A stretch of 64,000 nucleotides of DNA from Bacteroidia bacterium (GTDB lineage: Bacteria; Bacteroidota; Bacteroidia; M30B66). Where the stretch lies: positions 7,480-71,479 of the forward strand of contig JAIBAI010000007.1 in the NCBI GenBank assembly GCA_019695235.1. The letters are read 5' to 3'. The notes under the pieces are model-generated. The model ran no database searches and was not told where the DNA came from. It saw nothing but the letters and a program-made list of their open reading frames with translations. The position numbers and the translations under genes are program-made. The first letter of the stretch is position 1, and each line of letters begins with the position of its first letter. Below, piece by piece: positions 29,855 through 39,177 of the stretch.

Positions 29855-31600
29855 TTAGGCTTGAGGGTTAATTGTTGTTTCTTTTTTTAACTGCAGTATT
29901 TCAGCCGCAGATTTGGGTAATTCAACATCTGATTTGCGTCTGAGCATCACATAGAAATTGTAGGTAAACAAAATATGAGAAAACCACATCAGTGAACCGC
30001 CAATAGCGCGCCATAGCCAATAGGGGCCCATGAAGGTAACTGTGTCAATAAAGGGTTTGCCTTCCATCCACATCAGCCCTCTTAAAGTTGAACCATACAT
30101 TAAGGGGAAAGTATAGAAAAGCAGGCCGATAAGCGCTAGCCAGAAATGCGCCCCAACTGTTATTTGGGGTGGTTCTTTGCCGGTTAATCTGGGTACAATC
30201 GTGTAAAAGAAGCCCCAAAGCATAAATGAAATAATTCCATACATGGTAAGGTGCGAGTGCGCCACAGTAAAATCAGTGAAGTGCCAGGCCAAATTGGTAA
30301 AGCGAAACGCTTCGGCTGTTCCCTGAAGTGAACCGGTAAAATAAAAAATGATACCAATCAGGTAAAATGGAAGTGTGTAACTGCCAGTGAGTTTGTTCCA
30401 TGAACCATTGAAGGTCATCAAGAAATTGGTTGTTCCGGCTACAACAGGAATCACCATGCCTACACTGCCAACGATGGCAACTGTTTGCAACCACCAGGGA
30501 ATTGCACTAAATATAAAATGATGGGTTCCGATTAAGGTATAGAAAAGAATTTGTGCCCAGAATGCTAAAATTCCAAGGCTGTAAGAGTAGATAGGTTTAT
30601 TTAATTGCTGGGGTAAAAAATAGTACATCAAACCAAGGTTAAACAACATAAACCACATACCAACCCCTTGGTGCATATAATAGCCCTGCACAATTGTTTC
30701 ACCCAGGCCGTTTTGCCATGAAGGCCAATACGCAACAAAGGCAATTACAAGCAGGAACATTATCGCAGAAATGATATACCAATTTGAAACATATATTTCT
30801 CTGGTTGCACGTTTGGCGATTGTTTTTAAAAAATTAACAAGCGAAATAATCACGCCAAAGCCAAACAAACTCATCACCGGCCAGATGTATTCTCTGTATT
30901 CACCCCCTCCATTGTTAATTCCTGCCATCAGGCTTACGCTACCGGCGATTACTGAGGCGTTAATCAATATTAGTGAGTAATAGCCTCTTTTTATGCTTGC
31001 AATCGGAACATTACTCACCCTTGGAATCACATAATATGCTAAGCCAATCATTGCAAGCGAAGCCCAGCCCCAGAATACTGCATTTGTATGAACAGGTCTG
31101 AGGCGACCAAAGCTTAACCAACTTAAATGGTCAATGTCAGGGGCTGCAAACTTGATACCTACATACTCGCCAACACTTGTTCCAAACAGCAACCAAGCAA
31201 CAGCACAGCCTAAATACCAAAGAATTAGCCTTGTAAGTTCTGGCTCAATAAATGGTCGTGGTTGCCCTTTGCGTTTTTGCTGAACAAAACGAATGCTTTC
31301 TACAGTATTTACATTGTCAATTAAGCCCTTTGGGTCAAGTGTGGGTAAATCAGTACCCAGTTCGGCATTGTTGAGCGTAAACTCAAGCTCTTTCTTTCTT
31401 TTTTCCAGCTGCTCTGTTTCTGCCGGATTTAATTCTTTAATATAATTTGTAAGTCGTTCAAGCTCCTTTCTTTTTATATATCGCCGTAAGCTCGCATTGG
31501 TTCTTACAATTACAATTAAAGAAGCTACAATTACCGGAATTAAAATCAGAACTACTGTTATGACTATTCCACCTTCACTGAAAAGATTGATGTTCCCCAT
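29855..31600 (-). CDS. ccoN: cbb3-type cytochrome c oxidase subunit I (CcoN) with an N-terminal TM plus coiled-coil extension
   Basis: It has 12+ TM helices and conserved His-rich heme-copper oxidase segments (HTNAVFWGW, HHFIFSAIPWW, AHSHLTMYG). No CcoO domain is fused. Confidence 0.8.
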   Translation of the reverse strand: MGNINLFSEGGIVITVVLILIPVIVASLIVIVRTNASLRRYIKRKELERLTNYIKELNPAETEQLEKRKKELEFTLNNAELGTDLPTLDPKGLIDNVNTVESIRFVQQKRKGQPRPFIEPELTRLILWYLGCAVAWLLFGTSVGEYVGIKFAAPDIDHLSWLSFGRLRPVHTNAVFWGWASLAMIGLAYYVIPRVSNVPIASIKRGYYSLILINASVIAGSVSLMAGINNGGGEYREYIWPVMSLFGFGVIISLVNFLKTIAKRATREIYVSNWYIISAIMFLLVIAFVAYWPSWQNGLGETIVQGYYMHQGVGMWFMLFNLGLMYYFLPQQLNKPIYSYSLGILAFWAQILFYTLIGTHHFIFSAIPWWLQTVAIVGSVGMVIPVVAGTTNFLMTFNGSWNKLTGSYTLPFYLIGIIFYFTGSLQGTAEAFRFTNLAWHFTDFTVAHSHLTMYGIISFMLWGFFYTIVPRLTGKEPPQITVGAHFWLALIGLLFYTFPLMYGSTLRGLMWMEGKPFIDTVTFMGPYWLWRAIGGSLMWFSHILFTYNFYVMLRRKSDVELPKSAAEILQLKKETTINPQA

Positions 31601-31653
31601 CTCTATGTTAAAATTGGATATTATTGTCCACTATTATTGTACAAAAAAAAAGA

Positions 31654-32088
31654 TCAACGTTTTAGAAAGATTAATCCCAGATCTAATTGCTGGGCTAATG
31701 ATTTAATGGTGGTTGTTTCGAGCATTTGCTTTAAGTTTTCACGAATTGGTTTAAACTGATGATGTACCGGGCATGGCATTTTCTCATTGCACTTATTGAG
31801 CCCTACGCCACAATTGGTAAAAATTGAATCACCATCAATTGCTAAAACCACCGAAATCAATTTTACCTTTTCAAGTCGTTCCTTGTCCATTGAAAAGCCT
31901 CCGGCACGACCTTTATCTGAATTGATGATATTGTATCTTACAAGCTGCTGCAAAATTTTAGAAGTATAAGCAAGTGGCGACTCTGTAGCTTTTGCAACAT
32001 CCTTCAGGCTCACTTTTTTGCCATGAAGTGATTGCTCAGAGATGTAGATTGTTGCCCTGATACCGTGATTGCATGTTTTTGAAAACAT
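31654..32088 (-). CDS. Rrf2 family transcriptional regulator with a Cys3(-His) Fe-S cluster-binding motif (IscR/NsrR-like)
   Basis: The wHTH N-terminus is TCNHGIRATIYIS...SLKDVAKATESPLAYTSKILQQL. The cluster motif is C-x6-C-x5-C-x2-H (CGVGLNKCNEKMPCPVH). It ends 53 nt upstream of ccoN. Confidence 0.75.
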   Translation of the reverse strand: MFSKTCNHGIRATIYISEQSLHGKKVSLKDVAKATESPLAYTSKILQQLVRYNIINSDKGRAGGFSMDKERLEKVKLISVVLAIDGDSIFTNCGVGLNKCNEKMPCPVHHQFKPIRENLKQMLETTTIKSLAQQLDLGLIFLKR

Positions 32089-32130
32089 AAGACCGTTATA
32101 GCGGCAACAAAATTACGCAAATGATTTTTA

Positions 32131-32152
32131 TAGTGGACAGAAATATCCACTA
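32131..32152. promoter_or_regulatory. inverted repeat TAGTGGA-N8-TCCACTA, candidate Rrf2 operator
   Basis: It forms perfect 7-bp arms and lies 43-64 nt upstream of the Rrf2 start codon at 32088. Confidence 0.35.
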
Positions 32153-32289
32153 AAATTTTAACATGCTGAACAACAAGGTGTTAAATTAATTATTACCTCC
32201 AAAGCAATACTCCTGTAAAAGCGCCGGATTCAACAGGTTGTATTGCTAATTTGATTGTATTTATAGCGGTTCCCTGACCGGCAAATAAA

Positions 32290-33264
32290 TTATTGTAGCG
32301 CCTCTATTTCTTTTGTTAGTGACTTTAAATCCTGCTTCATCAGGGTCACATAAGCCTCGGTCTGGTCAAGCATATCGGCTCTGTTTTTTAATTCAGACGC
32401 ACTGTATCTGCCCCCTTTACTAAAGTATAAATCGTATGGTTTTTTCTCAGACTTTCCGTTGTCCTTGGTCAGTTGGCCGAAAATAAACCATTTGTCAACC
32501 AATTGCTTGGCCAGAGATTTTTCGTTTTTTGGAGTATATTCATAGGTTAAATAATACCAGAGCGAGGGAGGGAAAAACTTCGACACCTTGGCATTTTTCC
32601 AAATATCAGTCAGGGCATTGTTGGGGTGCGAGAAATCTACTTTGCGTTTATTTACCAGCATCATTGCACCTAATGACGCTTCCACAAGGCTTACCCCAAT
32701 TGTAAAACCACCTACAAGGCCGGTATTGGAACTGTTATTTGAAATTACCTCTGCCGCAATGGAACCCACTGCCCCAATAATAATTGAGCCGATGATAAGT
32801 TTATTTTCAGTTTTACCTTCCCGTTCCTTGAGGTAGAAAGCAAATTGATTTGCCCGCTCTTCCTCGCAGTCGAGTTCACTTGCAACAGCAGAAATCTCGA
32901 GAGAGGCCAAATTGATTTTTTGATGGATGTGCTGGGATAACTCTATCAGACTAAGTTTTTTATGAATATCTCCCCCTTTTGCCGGATCATTCATCAGACG
33001 GGTGTATGAGGTCAATAAATCGAGTATCCCAATGGCATTTGCAATATTTAATGACTGACCAGAGAACCTTTTGGTTAAAATGGTGTCAAGTTGAAGTTGG
33101 TGAATGGGTTTCGGCAAGTCGTCAACGGTATAGGCTGTTGGTGCCTGCTTATTGCAATTGCTTTTGTCTAACTGCAATGCCCTCATTGCGTTTTTATGAC
33201 TATTGCAGGAGGCAAGCACTAAACAAACGAGCAGAGCGGTAAAAATAAAGATTTGCTTAAACAC
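32290..33264 (-). CDS. hypothetical lipoprotein
   Basis: The lipoprotein signal is MFKQIFIFTALLVCLVLASC (lipobox LASC). A central hydrophobic segment and a C-terminal coiled coil are present. Confidence 0.6.
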   Translation of the reverse strand: MFKQIFIFTALLVCLVLASCNSHKNAMRALQLDKSNCNKQAPTAYTVDDLPKPIHQLQLDTILTKRFSGQSLNIANAIGILDLLTSYTRLMNDPAKGGDIHKKLSLIELSQHIHQKINLASLEISAVASELDCEEERANQFAFYLKEREGKTENKLIIGSIIIGAVGSIAAEVISNNSSNTGLVGGFTIGVSLVEASLGAMMLVNKRKVDFSHPNNALTDIWKNAKVSKFFPPSLWYYLTYEYTPKNEKSLAKQLVDKWFIFGQLTKDNGKSEKKPYDLYFSKGGRYSASELKNRADMLDQTEAYVTLMKQDLKSLTKEIEALQ

Positions 33265-33428
33265 CGTTCACCTGTCTTTTAAATACATGCTGCGAATGTA
33301 GAGAACAGACGCTGAGTTTCCAATTTGCTTTTTCAATTGCAGGCATTAGAATTGAAGGCAAGTACGGTGAACAATTTTTATAGAGATTCACTACTTTTGC
33401 AAAAAAAATTCCAAAACAACCTGCTGGT

Positions 33429-34670
33429 ATGGATTTATTCGAAAAACTCAAGCTCAACCGCGGACCTCTTGGGGCGTATGCAAAAGATGTACACGGCTAT
33501 TTTACCTTCCCGAAGCTGGAAGGGCCAATTGCCCCCAGAATGACATTCAGAGGAAAAGAAATGCTCACCTGGAGTCTGAACAATTACCTTGGTTTAGCTA
33601 ACCATCCGGAAGTAAGGAAGGCAGATGCAGATGCAGCAGCCGAATTTGGTATGGCTTACCCAATGGGTGCGCGCATGATGTCAGGTGATTCGGATTATCA
33701 TATTCGCCTGGAACGTGAATTGGCTGATTTCGAGAAAAAAGAAGATGCTATCCTGATGAACTTTGGTTATCAGGGTATTATGTCGGCCATTGATGCATTG
33801 GTTGACCGGCATGATGTGATTGTATATGATTCTGAATCACATGCATGTATCGTTGACGGGGTTCAGTTGCACATGGGAAAACGCTTTGTATTCCCGCATA
33901 ACGATATTAAGAACCTTGAAACCCAGCTGGAGCGTGCTACCCGTTTGGTTGCCGATACCGGAGGTGCTATTCTTGTTATCACCGAAGGGGTCTTTGGCAT
34001 GAGTGGCGATCAAGGGAAGTTAAAAGAGATAGTTGAGCTGAAAAAGAAATTCCAGTTCCGCCTGCTCGTTGATGATGCACATGGCTTTGGCACCATGGGA
34101 AAAACTGGGGCGGGCGCATCTGAAGAACAGGGTTGTATGGATGGAGTGGATATTTATTTCGGCACTTTTGCCAAGTCAATGGCGAGTATTGGCGCCTTTA
34201 TTGCATCTGAAAAACAGGTGGTTGAGTATCTGCGTTACAATACCCGTTCACAAATATTTGCCAAGTCGCTACCGATGCCACTGGTTATTGGAGCACTTAA
34301 GCGGCTTGAATTGCTGAGAACAAGGCCTGAATTGAAAGAAAACCTCTGGAAAATCGTTAATGCACTGCAAGACGGTCTGCGCAAAGCTGGTTTTGAACTT
34401 GGAAATACCCAAAGTCCTGTAACTCCGGTTTTCCTCAATGGCTCAATCCCTGAGGCTGCCAATCTGATTTTCGACCTGCGTGAAAACTTTAATATCTTCT
34501 GCTCAATGGTCGTTTATCCGGTGGTACCTAAAGGTGTTATTATGCTTCGGTTAATTCCTACAGCTGTTCACACCCTTGAAGATGTAAAGTACACCATTGA
34601 TGCCTTTAGCAGTATTGCCGGAAAATTGAAGTCGGGGCATTACGAGAGGGCAATGGAGCAAGTACTTTAA
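33429..34670 (+). CDS. alpha-oxoamine synthase family PLP enzyme (KBL/BioF/serine palmitoyltransferase-like)
   Basis: It has the AOS fold. The conserved Lys region is GTFAKSMASIGAFIAS. The substrate-recognition segment is NNYLGLANHPEV. Confidence 0.75.
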   Translation: MDLFEKLKLNRGPLGAYAKDVHGYFTFPKLEGPIAPRMTFRGKEMLTWSLNNYLGLANHPEVRKADADAAAEFGMAYPMGARMMSGDSDYHIRLERELADFEKKEDAILMNFGYQGIMSAIDALVDRHDVIVYDSESHACIVDGVQLHMGKRFVFPHNDIKNLETQLERATRLVADTGGAILVITEGVFGMSGDQGKLKEIVELKKKFQFRLLVDDAHGFGTMGKTGAGASEEQGCMDGVDIYFGTFAKSMASIGAFIASEKQVVEYLRYNTRSQIFAKSLPMPLVIGALKRLELLRTRPELKENLWKIVNALQDGLRKAGFELGNTQSPVTPVFLNGSIPEAANLIFDLRENFNIFCSMVVYPVVPKGVIMLRLIPTAVHTLEDVKYTIDAFSSIAGKLKSGHYERAMEQVL

Positions 34671-34685
34671 GCCGGACTGACCTTC

Positions 34686-34717
34686 ACGCCCCTGTTATCA
34701 GGGGCTTTTGTTTTTTA
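34686..34717 (+). terminator. rho-independent terminator candidate (GCCCCTG-TTAT-CAGGGGC followed by TTTTGTTTTTT)
   Basis: A GC-rich hairpin plus a T-tract sits immediately after the AOS stop codon. Confidence 0.5.
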
Positions 34718-34726
34718 CGCCTGTTC

Positions 34727-36091
34727 ATGATCATTCAGTTACTGCTCTTTGCTTTCTGGCTGACTATCTTTCTTGTTCTTGCCGGAAAGCTGAACTTTCT
34801 GAGTAAGTCAGGTATCAGACCCGCCTTTTTACGTGGTATGTTGCTGCTTAAGGTAGCTGCAGGCATTGTACTGACCCTGATTTACACCCATCATTACCCT
34901 GATAGGCAGACAGCTGACGTATACAAGTACTTCGATGACGCACTGGTTATTCATGGTACATTTAATAATGACCCATTAGTTTACTTCAGCCTTGTAAGCG
35001 GCGTAGAAATTCCCGGACATCCGGCAGAACCCGCCATTCGTGAGATGAAAAACTGGACACCGTTAAGTGGGCCCTGGTTAAGGTTTACGCAAACAGCTGA
35101 TTATAATGTATTTAACTCAAACAGGATGGTTACCCGCATCAATGCGCTGCTGATGCCATTTTCACAAAAGTACATTTACACACATGTACTGTTTTTCTGT
35201 TTCTTTTCGTTATTAGGGTCAGTAGCATTATACAGGCAGGTTCGCAACAGGGTTCATGGCAGGGAGGTGATTACAGCATTGCTCATCTTTTTACTGCCTT
35301 CTGTAATTTTATGGAGTTCAGGCCCCTTGAAAGATGGTCTTTTGTTGGCAACACTTAATTTGTTTACCTGGAAATTGTTTTCTTTAACTACAAAACAAAC
35401 ATCTGCAAGGCGCTTAGGTACTATTTTGGTATTGATATTATTGGCCGGATTGATTCTATTAACAAAATATTATGTGCTCCTGGCTGCAAGCCCTGCAATT
35501 GTAGCCTTCGCCTGGTGCAGGTTCAAAAAACAAAACCATTATGCGGCATTGGTTTACCTAGCTGTTCCTGCGATTTTTCTGATGTTACTGATTATACAAT
35601 CAGAAATGCTTCCAGCGCTTCCGAACATCTGGAATGTTTTGGCAAACAAACGGGAAGAGGCATTGAAATTAGCCATTTGGGCGGATGCAAACCATCAGGT
35701 TTTCACTGAACCAGTAGGAACCGGAATACTTCCGGTTGTGGCAAAACTGCCTGAGGCATTATTCAACAGTCTTTTTCGCCCGCACCTTTTTGAGGCTGAT
35801 GGAGCGTTTTTGTACGCTGCAGCAATTGAAAACGTGCTGATTATGAGCTTGTTGATACTCTTCTTGCGAAAAATCAGTTGGTCAAATCTTTTAGAAGAAC
35901 AATCGCTGTTTTTTTGGTCATTCAGCCTTTGCCTTGCGTTTATCATAGGCTTTACCACGCCGGTTACAGGCGGGCTGGTAAGATATAAAACAGCTTTCAT
36001 TATTTATCTGTTACTTGCAGCACTTATGTCGGGGCAATATACAGGTCTCCAGCGATGGAAGAACTTGGTGATTCAAAACAACCATGGCTAA
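34727..36091 (+). CDS. polytopic membrane protein, GT-C-like (putative membrane glycosyltransferase)
   Basis: It has about 12 TM segments. An FDD motif (YKYFDDALVIHG) sits in the first extracytoplasmic loop, as in GT-C enzymes. The family is not firmly assigned. Confidence 0.55.
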   Translation: MIIQLLLFAFWLTIFLVLAGKLNFLSKSGIRPAFLRGMLLLKVAAGIVLTLIYTHHYPDRQTADVYKYFDDALVIHGTFNNDPLVYFSLVSGVEIPGHPAEPAIREMKNWTPLSGPWLRFTQTADYNVFNSNRMVTRINALLMPFSQKYIYTHVLFFCFFSLLGSVALYRQVRNRVHGREVITALLIFLLPSVILWSSGPLKDGLLLATLNLFTWKLFSLTTKQTSARRLGTILVLILLAGLILLTKYYVLLAASPAIVAFAWCRFKKQNHYAALVYLAVPAIFLMLLIIQSEMLPALPNIWNVLANKREEALKLAIWADANHQVFTEPVGTGILPVVAKLPEALFNSLFRPHLFEADGAFLYAAAIENVLIMSLLILFLRKISWSNLLEEQSLFFWSFSLCLAFIIGFTTPVTGGLVRYKTAFIIYLLLAALMSGQYTGLQRWKNLVIQNNHG

Positions 36092-36539
36092 ACAGGCACA
36101 ACAACTAAACATACAAAATAGAAAGGCCAGCTTTGAATACGAACTGTTGTTACGTATGGATGCTGGCATACAACTGAGTGGAACAGAGATAAAATCGGTG
36201 AGAGCCGGAAAAGTATCCTTAGCTGAATCGTACGGCGTTTTTGTAAAGAATGAGTTGTACCTGCGCAACATGCACATTGAAGAGTACGCTCAGGGCAATA
36301 TTTATAACCATGAACCCAAACGCGACCGAAAGCTGTTGCTAAACAAGACCGAATTAAACAAATTGCAATCAAAGTTGAAAGACAAAGGCCTGACAATCAT
36401 CCCATTGCGGATGTATCTGAGCGAATCTGGTTATGCCAAGGTAGAAATTGCACTTGCTAAGGGCCGCAAGCTATATGACAAGCGTGAAAACCTTAAACAA
36501 AAAGATATACAACGAAACATGCAACGAGACGACTCATGA
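36084..36539 (+). CDS. smpB: SsrA-binding protein
   Basis: The N-terminal region NRKASFEYELLLRMDAGIQLSGTEIKSVR and the C-terminal basic tail are typical of SmpB. Confidence 0.9.
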   Translation: MAKQAQQLNIQNRKASFEYELLLRMDAGIQLSGTEIKSVRAGKVSLAESYGVFVKNELYLRNMHIEEYAQGNIYNHEPKRDRKLLLNKTELNKLQSKLKDKGLTIIPLRMYLSESGYAKVEIALAKGRKLYDKRENLKQKDIQRNMQRDDS

Positions 36540-37495
36540 AAGTCATTTTTGCTGATACCGCCCACGCCTCCTTAATGGAACGCCTTACAAGTGCTGGATT
36601 TTCATGCAGCCTTGCTGAAGGACTTAATGAAGCCAATGCCCACATGGTTTTGTCACAGGCAGAAGGTATTGTCATTAGAAGTAAAATAAAGCTGACTGCT
36701 GAATTACTTGACCAGCTCCCGGGGCTTCGTTTCATTGCCAGAGTAGGGGCAGGGATGGAAAATATTGCAGTTGAATACGCAGCAGCCAGGGGAATTCGTT
36801 GTTTGCATGCCCCGGAGGGCAACCGAAATGCTGTGGCAGAGCATGCGCTGGGAATGTTGCTTGCCCTTATGAACAATCTTATTAGGGCCGACAGGGAAGT
36901 TCGGCAGGGTATTTGGCTGCGTGAGCAAAATCGGGGGCACGAATTGGCAGGGCGTACAATCGGCCTGATAGGTTATGGAAATACCGGAGCCGCTTTTGCC
37001 AAAAGACTTGCAGGGTTTGATGTGAAGATACTTGCCTATGACAAATACAAAACCGGCTTTTCGAGCCATCAGGTGCAAGAAAGCAGCATGAACGAAATTT
37101 TTGAACATGCTGATGTATTAAGCCTGCATGTTCCGCTTGCAGATGATACCCGTAACCTGGTGAATATTGATTTACTTGGTAAGTTTAAAAAGCCTGTATA
37201 CCTAATCAATACTTCCAGAGGGCCTTGTGTAGATACTTTCGGGCTTTTAGAAGCGCTTGACAAGGGTATTGTTGCCGGGGCGGCATTAGACGTTTTAGAA
37301 TTTGAAAGTACCAGTTTTGAATCTGTGAAATCGGTTCCCGATGTGTACAAGCGCCTCTTTGCTTCAGAAAAGGTAATTCTTAGCCCACATATCGCTGGCT
37401 GGACTTTTGAAAGCAATCAGCGAATGGCAGATATTTTGTTTGAGAAGATTATGCAACTAAGGCTTTTGCCAGATATTGGTAATAGAACGGATTGA
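36536..37495 (+). CDS. D-isomer-specific 2-hydroxyacid dehydrogenase family protein (NAD-binding)
   Basis: The NAD fold is GLIGYGNTGAAFAKRL. The catalytic His region is SPHIAGWT. There is a 4-nt overlap with smpB. Confidence 0.75.
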   Translation: MKVIFADTAHASLMERLTSAGFSCSLAEGLNEANAHMVLSQAEGIVIRSKIKLTAELLDQLPGLRFIARVGAGMENIAVEYAAARGIRCLHAPEGNRNAVAEHALGMLLALMNNLIRADREVRQGIWLREQNRGHELAGRTIGLIGYGNTGAAFAKRLAGFDVKILAYDKYKTGFSSHQVQESSMNEIFEHADVLSLHVPLADDTRNLVNIDLLGKFKKPVYLINTSRGPCVDTFGLLEALDKGIVAGAALDVLEFESTSFESVKSVPDVYKRLFASEKVILSPHIAGWTFESNQRMADILFEKIMQLRLLPDIGNRTD

Positions 37496-37613
37496 TTTTA
37501 AAAGACTTAGCGTTTCATTTTGTTAACAAACAATTTCATTTCCAGGCCTTCTCTTTTTATTTAGACTATCTTTGCACACCATTTTGAAAATCAAGGTGGA
37601 TTAATCATTTTAC

Positions 37614-38675
37614 ATGGCTGCACCGAAGTTTTCCGGAACAAACACCTTTCATACAGAGCTAAAGAAAAGAGTTGCCGAATATTTCAAGGAAGTAGGTAAT
37701 TCGCCAACAGGTAATTATCAGCTTTTTCTCAAGGCGATTATTTTGGTGGTATTGTTTCTATTTATTTACATCCATCTGGTATTTTTTGCTCCTCCTGCCT
37801 GGTTAGCCTTGGTTGAAGCCATTATCCTTGGAGGGCTCACCGCAGCCATTGGGTTCAATGTGATGCACGATGGAGCCCACGGAAGTTTTAGTAAATACCC
37901 ATGGGTCAACACATTGGCTGCTTCATCGTTAAATTTTCTTGGGGCAAACGTATTTATGTGGAATACAAAGCACAATGTGGTTCATCATGCTTACACCAAT
38001 ATTGACGGTATAGATGATGATATAGATGCAGGCCCACTGTTGCGCCTTTGCGAAACCCAGAAACACTATAAGATACACCGTTTTCAGCATTTTTATTTCT
38101 GGTTTACCTATTCATTACTATATATATATTGGATATTTTTTAACGATTACCGTAAATACTTCACCAGAAAGGTTGGTAGTATGCCCTTGAAAAAGATGTA
38201 CCTACAGGATCATATCTCTTTTTGGGGTTTTAAATTACTGCATTTGGTACTTTTTGTGCTGGTGCCTATCTATTTCTGGGGCTTTCTTCCTTGGTTGATT
38301 GGTTTTTTGGCCTATGCCATGTTTTCCGGCCTTGTATTGAGCATTGTTTTTCAATTGGCTCATACTGTTGAAGATACACATTTTCCGCAACCGGTAAATA
38401 ATAAGATTGAAGAAGATTGGGCAGTACACCAACTGAAAACTACCGCGAATTTTGCCACCAAAAGCCGTGTGATTTCATGGTTAGTAGGAGGTTTGAATTT
38501 TCAGGTAGAGCATCACCTGTTTCCAAAAGTTTCACACGTACATTACCCTGCTATTTCTGAAATTATTCGAAAAACATGTGCAGAGTATGGGGTACGATAC
38601 ATTGAGTATCCCCGGATGAGCATGGCTGTTGCTTCTCATATTGCCCACCTGCGAAATTTAGGGCGCAATCGCTAG
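37614..38675 (+). CDS. membrane fatty-acid desaturase family protein (His-box di-iron, third box QxxHH)
   Basis: The His boxes are HDGAHGSF, HNVVHH and QVEHHLFP, with 4 TM segments. Confidence 0.75.
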   Translation: MAAPKFSGTNTFHTELKKRVAEYFKEVGNSPTGNYQLFLKAIILVVLFLFIYIHLVFFAPPAWLALVEAIILGGLTAAIGFNVMHDGAHGSFSKYPWVNTLAASSLNFLGANVFMWNTKHNVVHHAYTNIDGIDDDIDAGPLLRLCETQKHYKIHRFQHFYFWFTYSLLYIYWIFFNDYRKYFTRKVGSMPLKKMYLQDHISFWGFKLLHLVLFVLVPIYFWGFLPWLIGFLAYAMFSGLVLSIVFQLAHTVEDTHFPQPVNNKIEEDWAVHQLKTTANFATKSRVISWLVGGLNFQVEHHLFPKVSHVHYPAISEIIRKTCAEYGVRYIEYPRMSMAVASHIAHLRNLGRNR

Positions 38676-38678
38676 TAT

Positions 38679-39167
38679 TTAGGAAAATAGCCCTGATTCG
38701 TATCCTTTGTCAGGTGGGAGATTTTTGCCTGTAGCAGCACTTGTAGCCAAAGTATCGCAGCGTTCGTTCTCCGGATGGTCAGCATGACCCTTTATCCATC
38801 TGAAGCGCACTTTGTGTCTGGCATATACAATCAGAAACAGTTTCCACAGGTCTGCATTCTTTTTCCCGGCAAAACCCTTTTGGCGCCAGTTAAAGACCCA
38901 GCCTTTTTCAACTGCATCAACTACATATTTTGAATCAGACCAAACAAGGACGCTGCTCCCAGGAATCTTTAGGGCATCCAGGCCGGCAATAACAGCCAGG
39001 AGTTCCATCCGGTTATTGGTAGTCTTCCGGTAACCCTGACTCATTTCCTTGTAATGGCCATCGGTTCTTAAAATTACCCCGAAGCCGCCAGGACCAGGAT
39101 TGCCCCTTGAAGAACCATCAGTAAAGATTTCGATAAGTCGGTTTTCATCGCTTTGTTTTTCAGCCAT
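38679..39167 (-). CDS. rnhA: ribonuclease HI
   Basis: The N-terminal motif is IFTDGSSRGNPGPGGFG, with the DEDD catalytic context. Confidence 0.85.
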   Translation of the reverse strand: MAEKQSDENRLIEIFTDGSSRGNPGPGGFGVILRTDGHYKEMSQGYRKTTNNRMELLAVIAGLDALKIPGSSVLVWSDSKYVVDAVEKGWVFNWRQKGFAGKKNADLWKLFLIVYARHKVRFRWIKGHADHPENERCDTLATSAATGKNLPPDKGYESGLFS

Positions 39168-39177
39168 ATACTTGTAC

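Noticed and set aside
36088-37416. Four minus-strand ORFs (36088-36396, 36493-36876, 36704-37108, 37069-37416)
   Set aside because: They are antisense to the smpB and 2-hydroxyacid dehydrogenase genes, both of which have clear family motifs.
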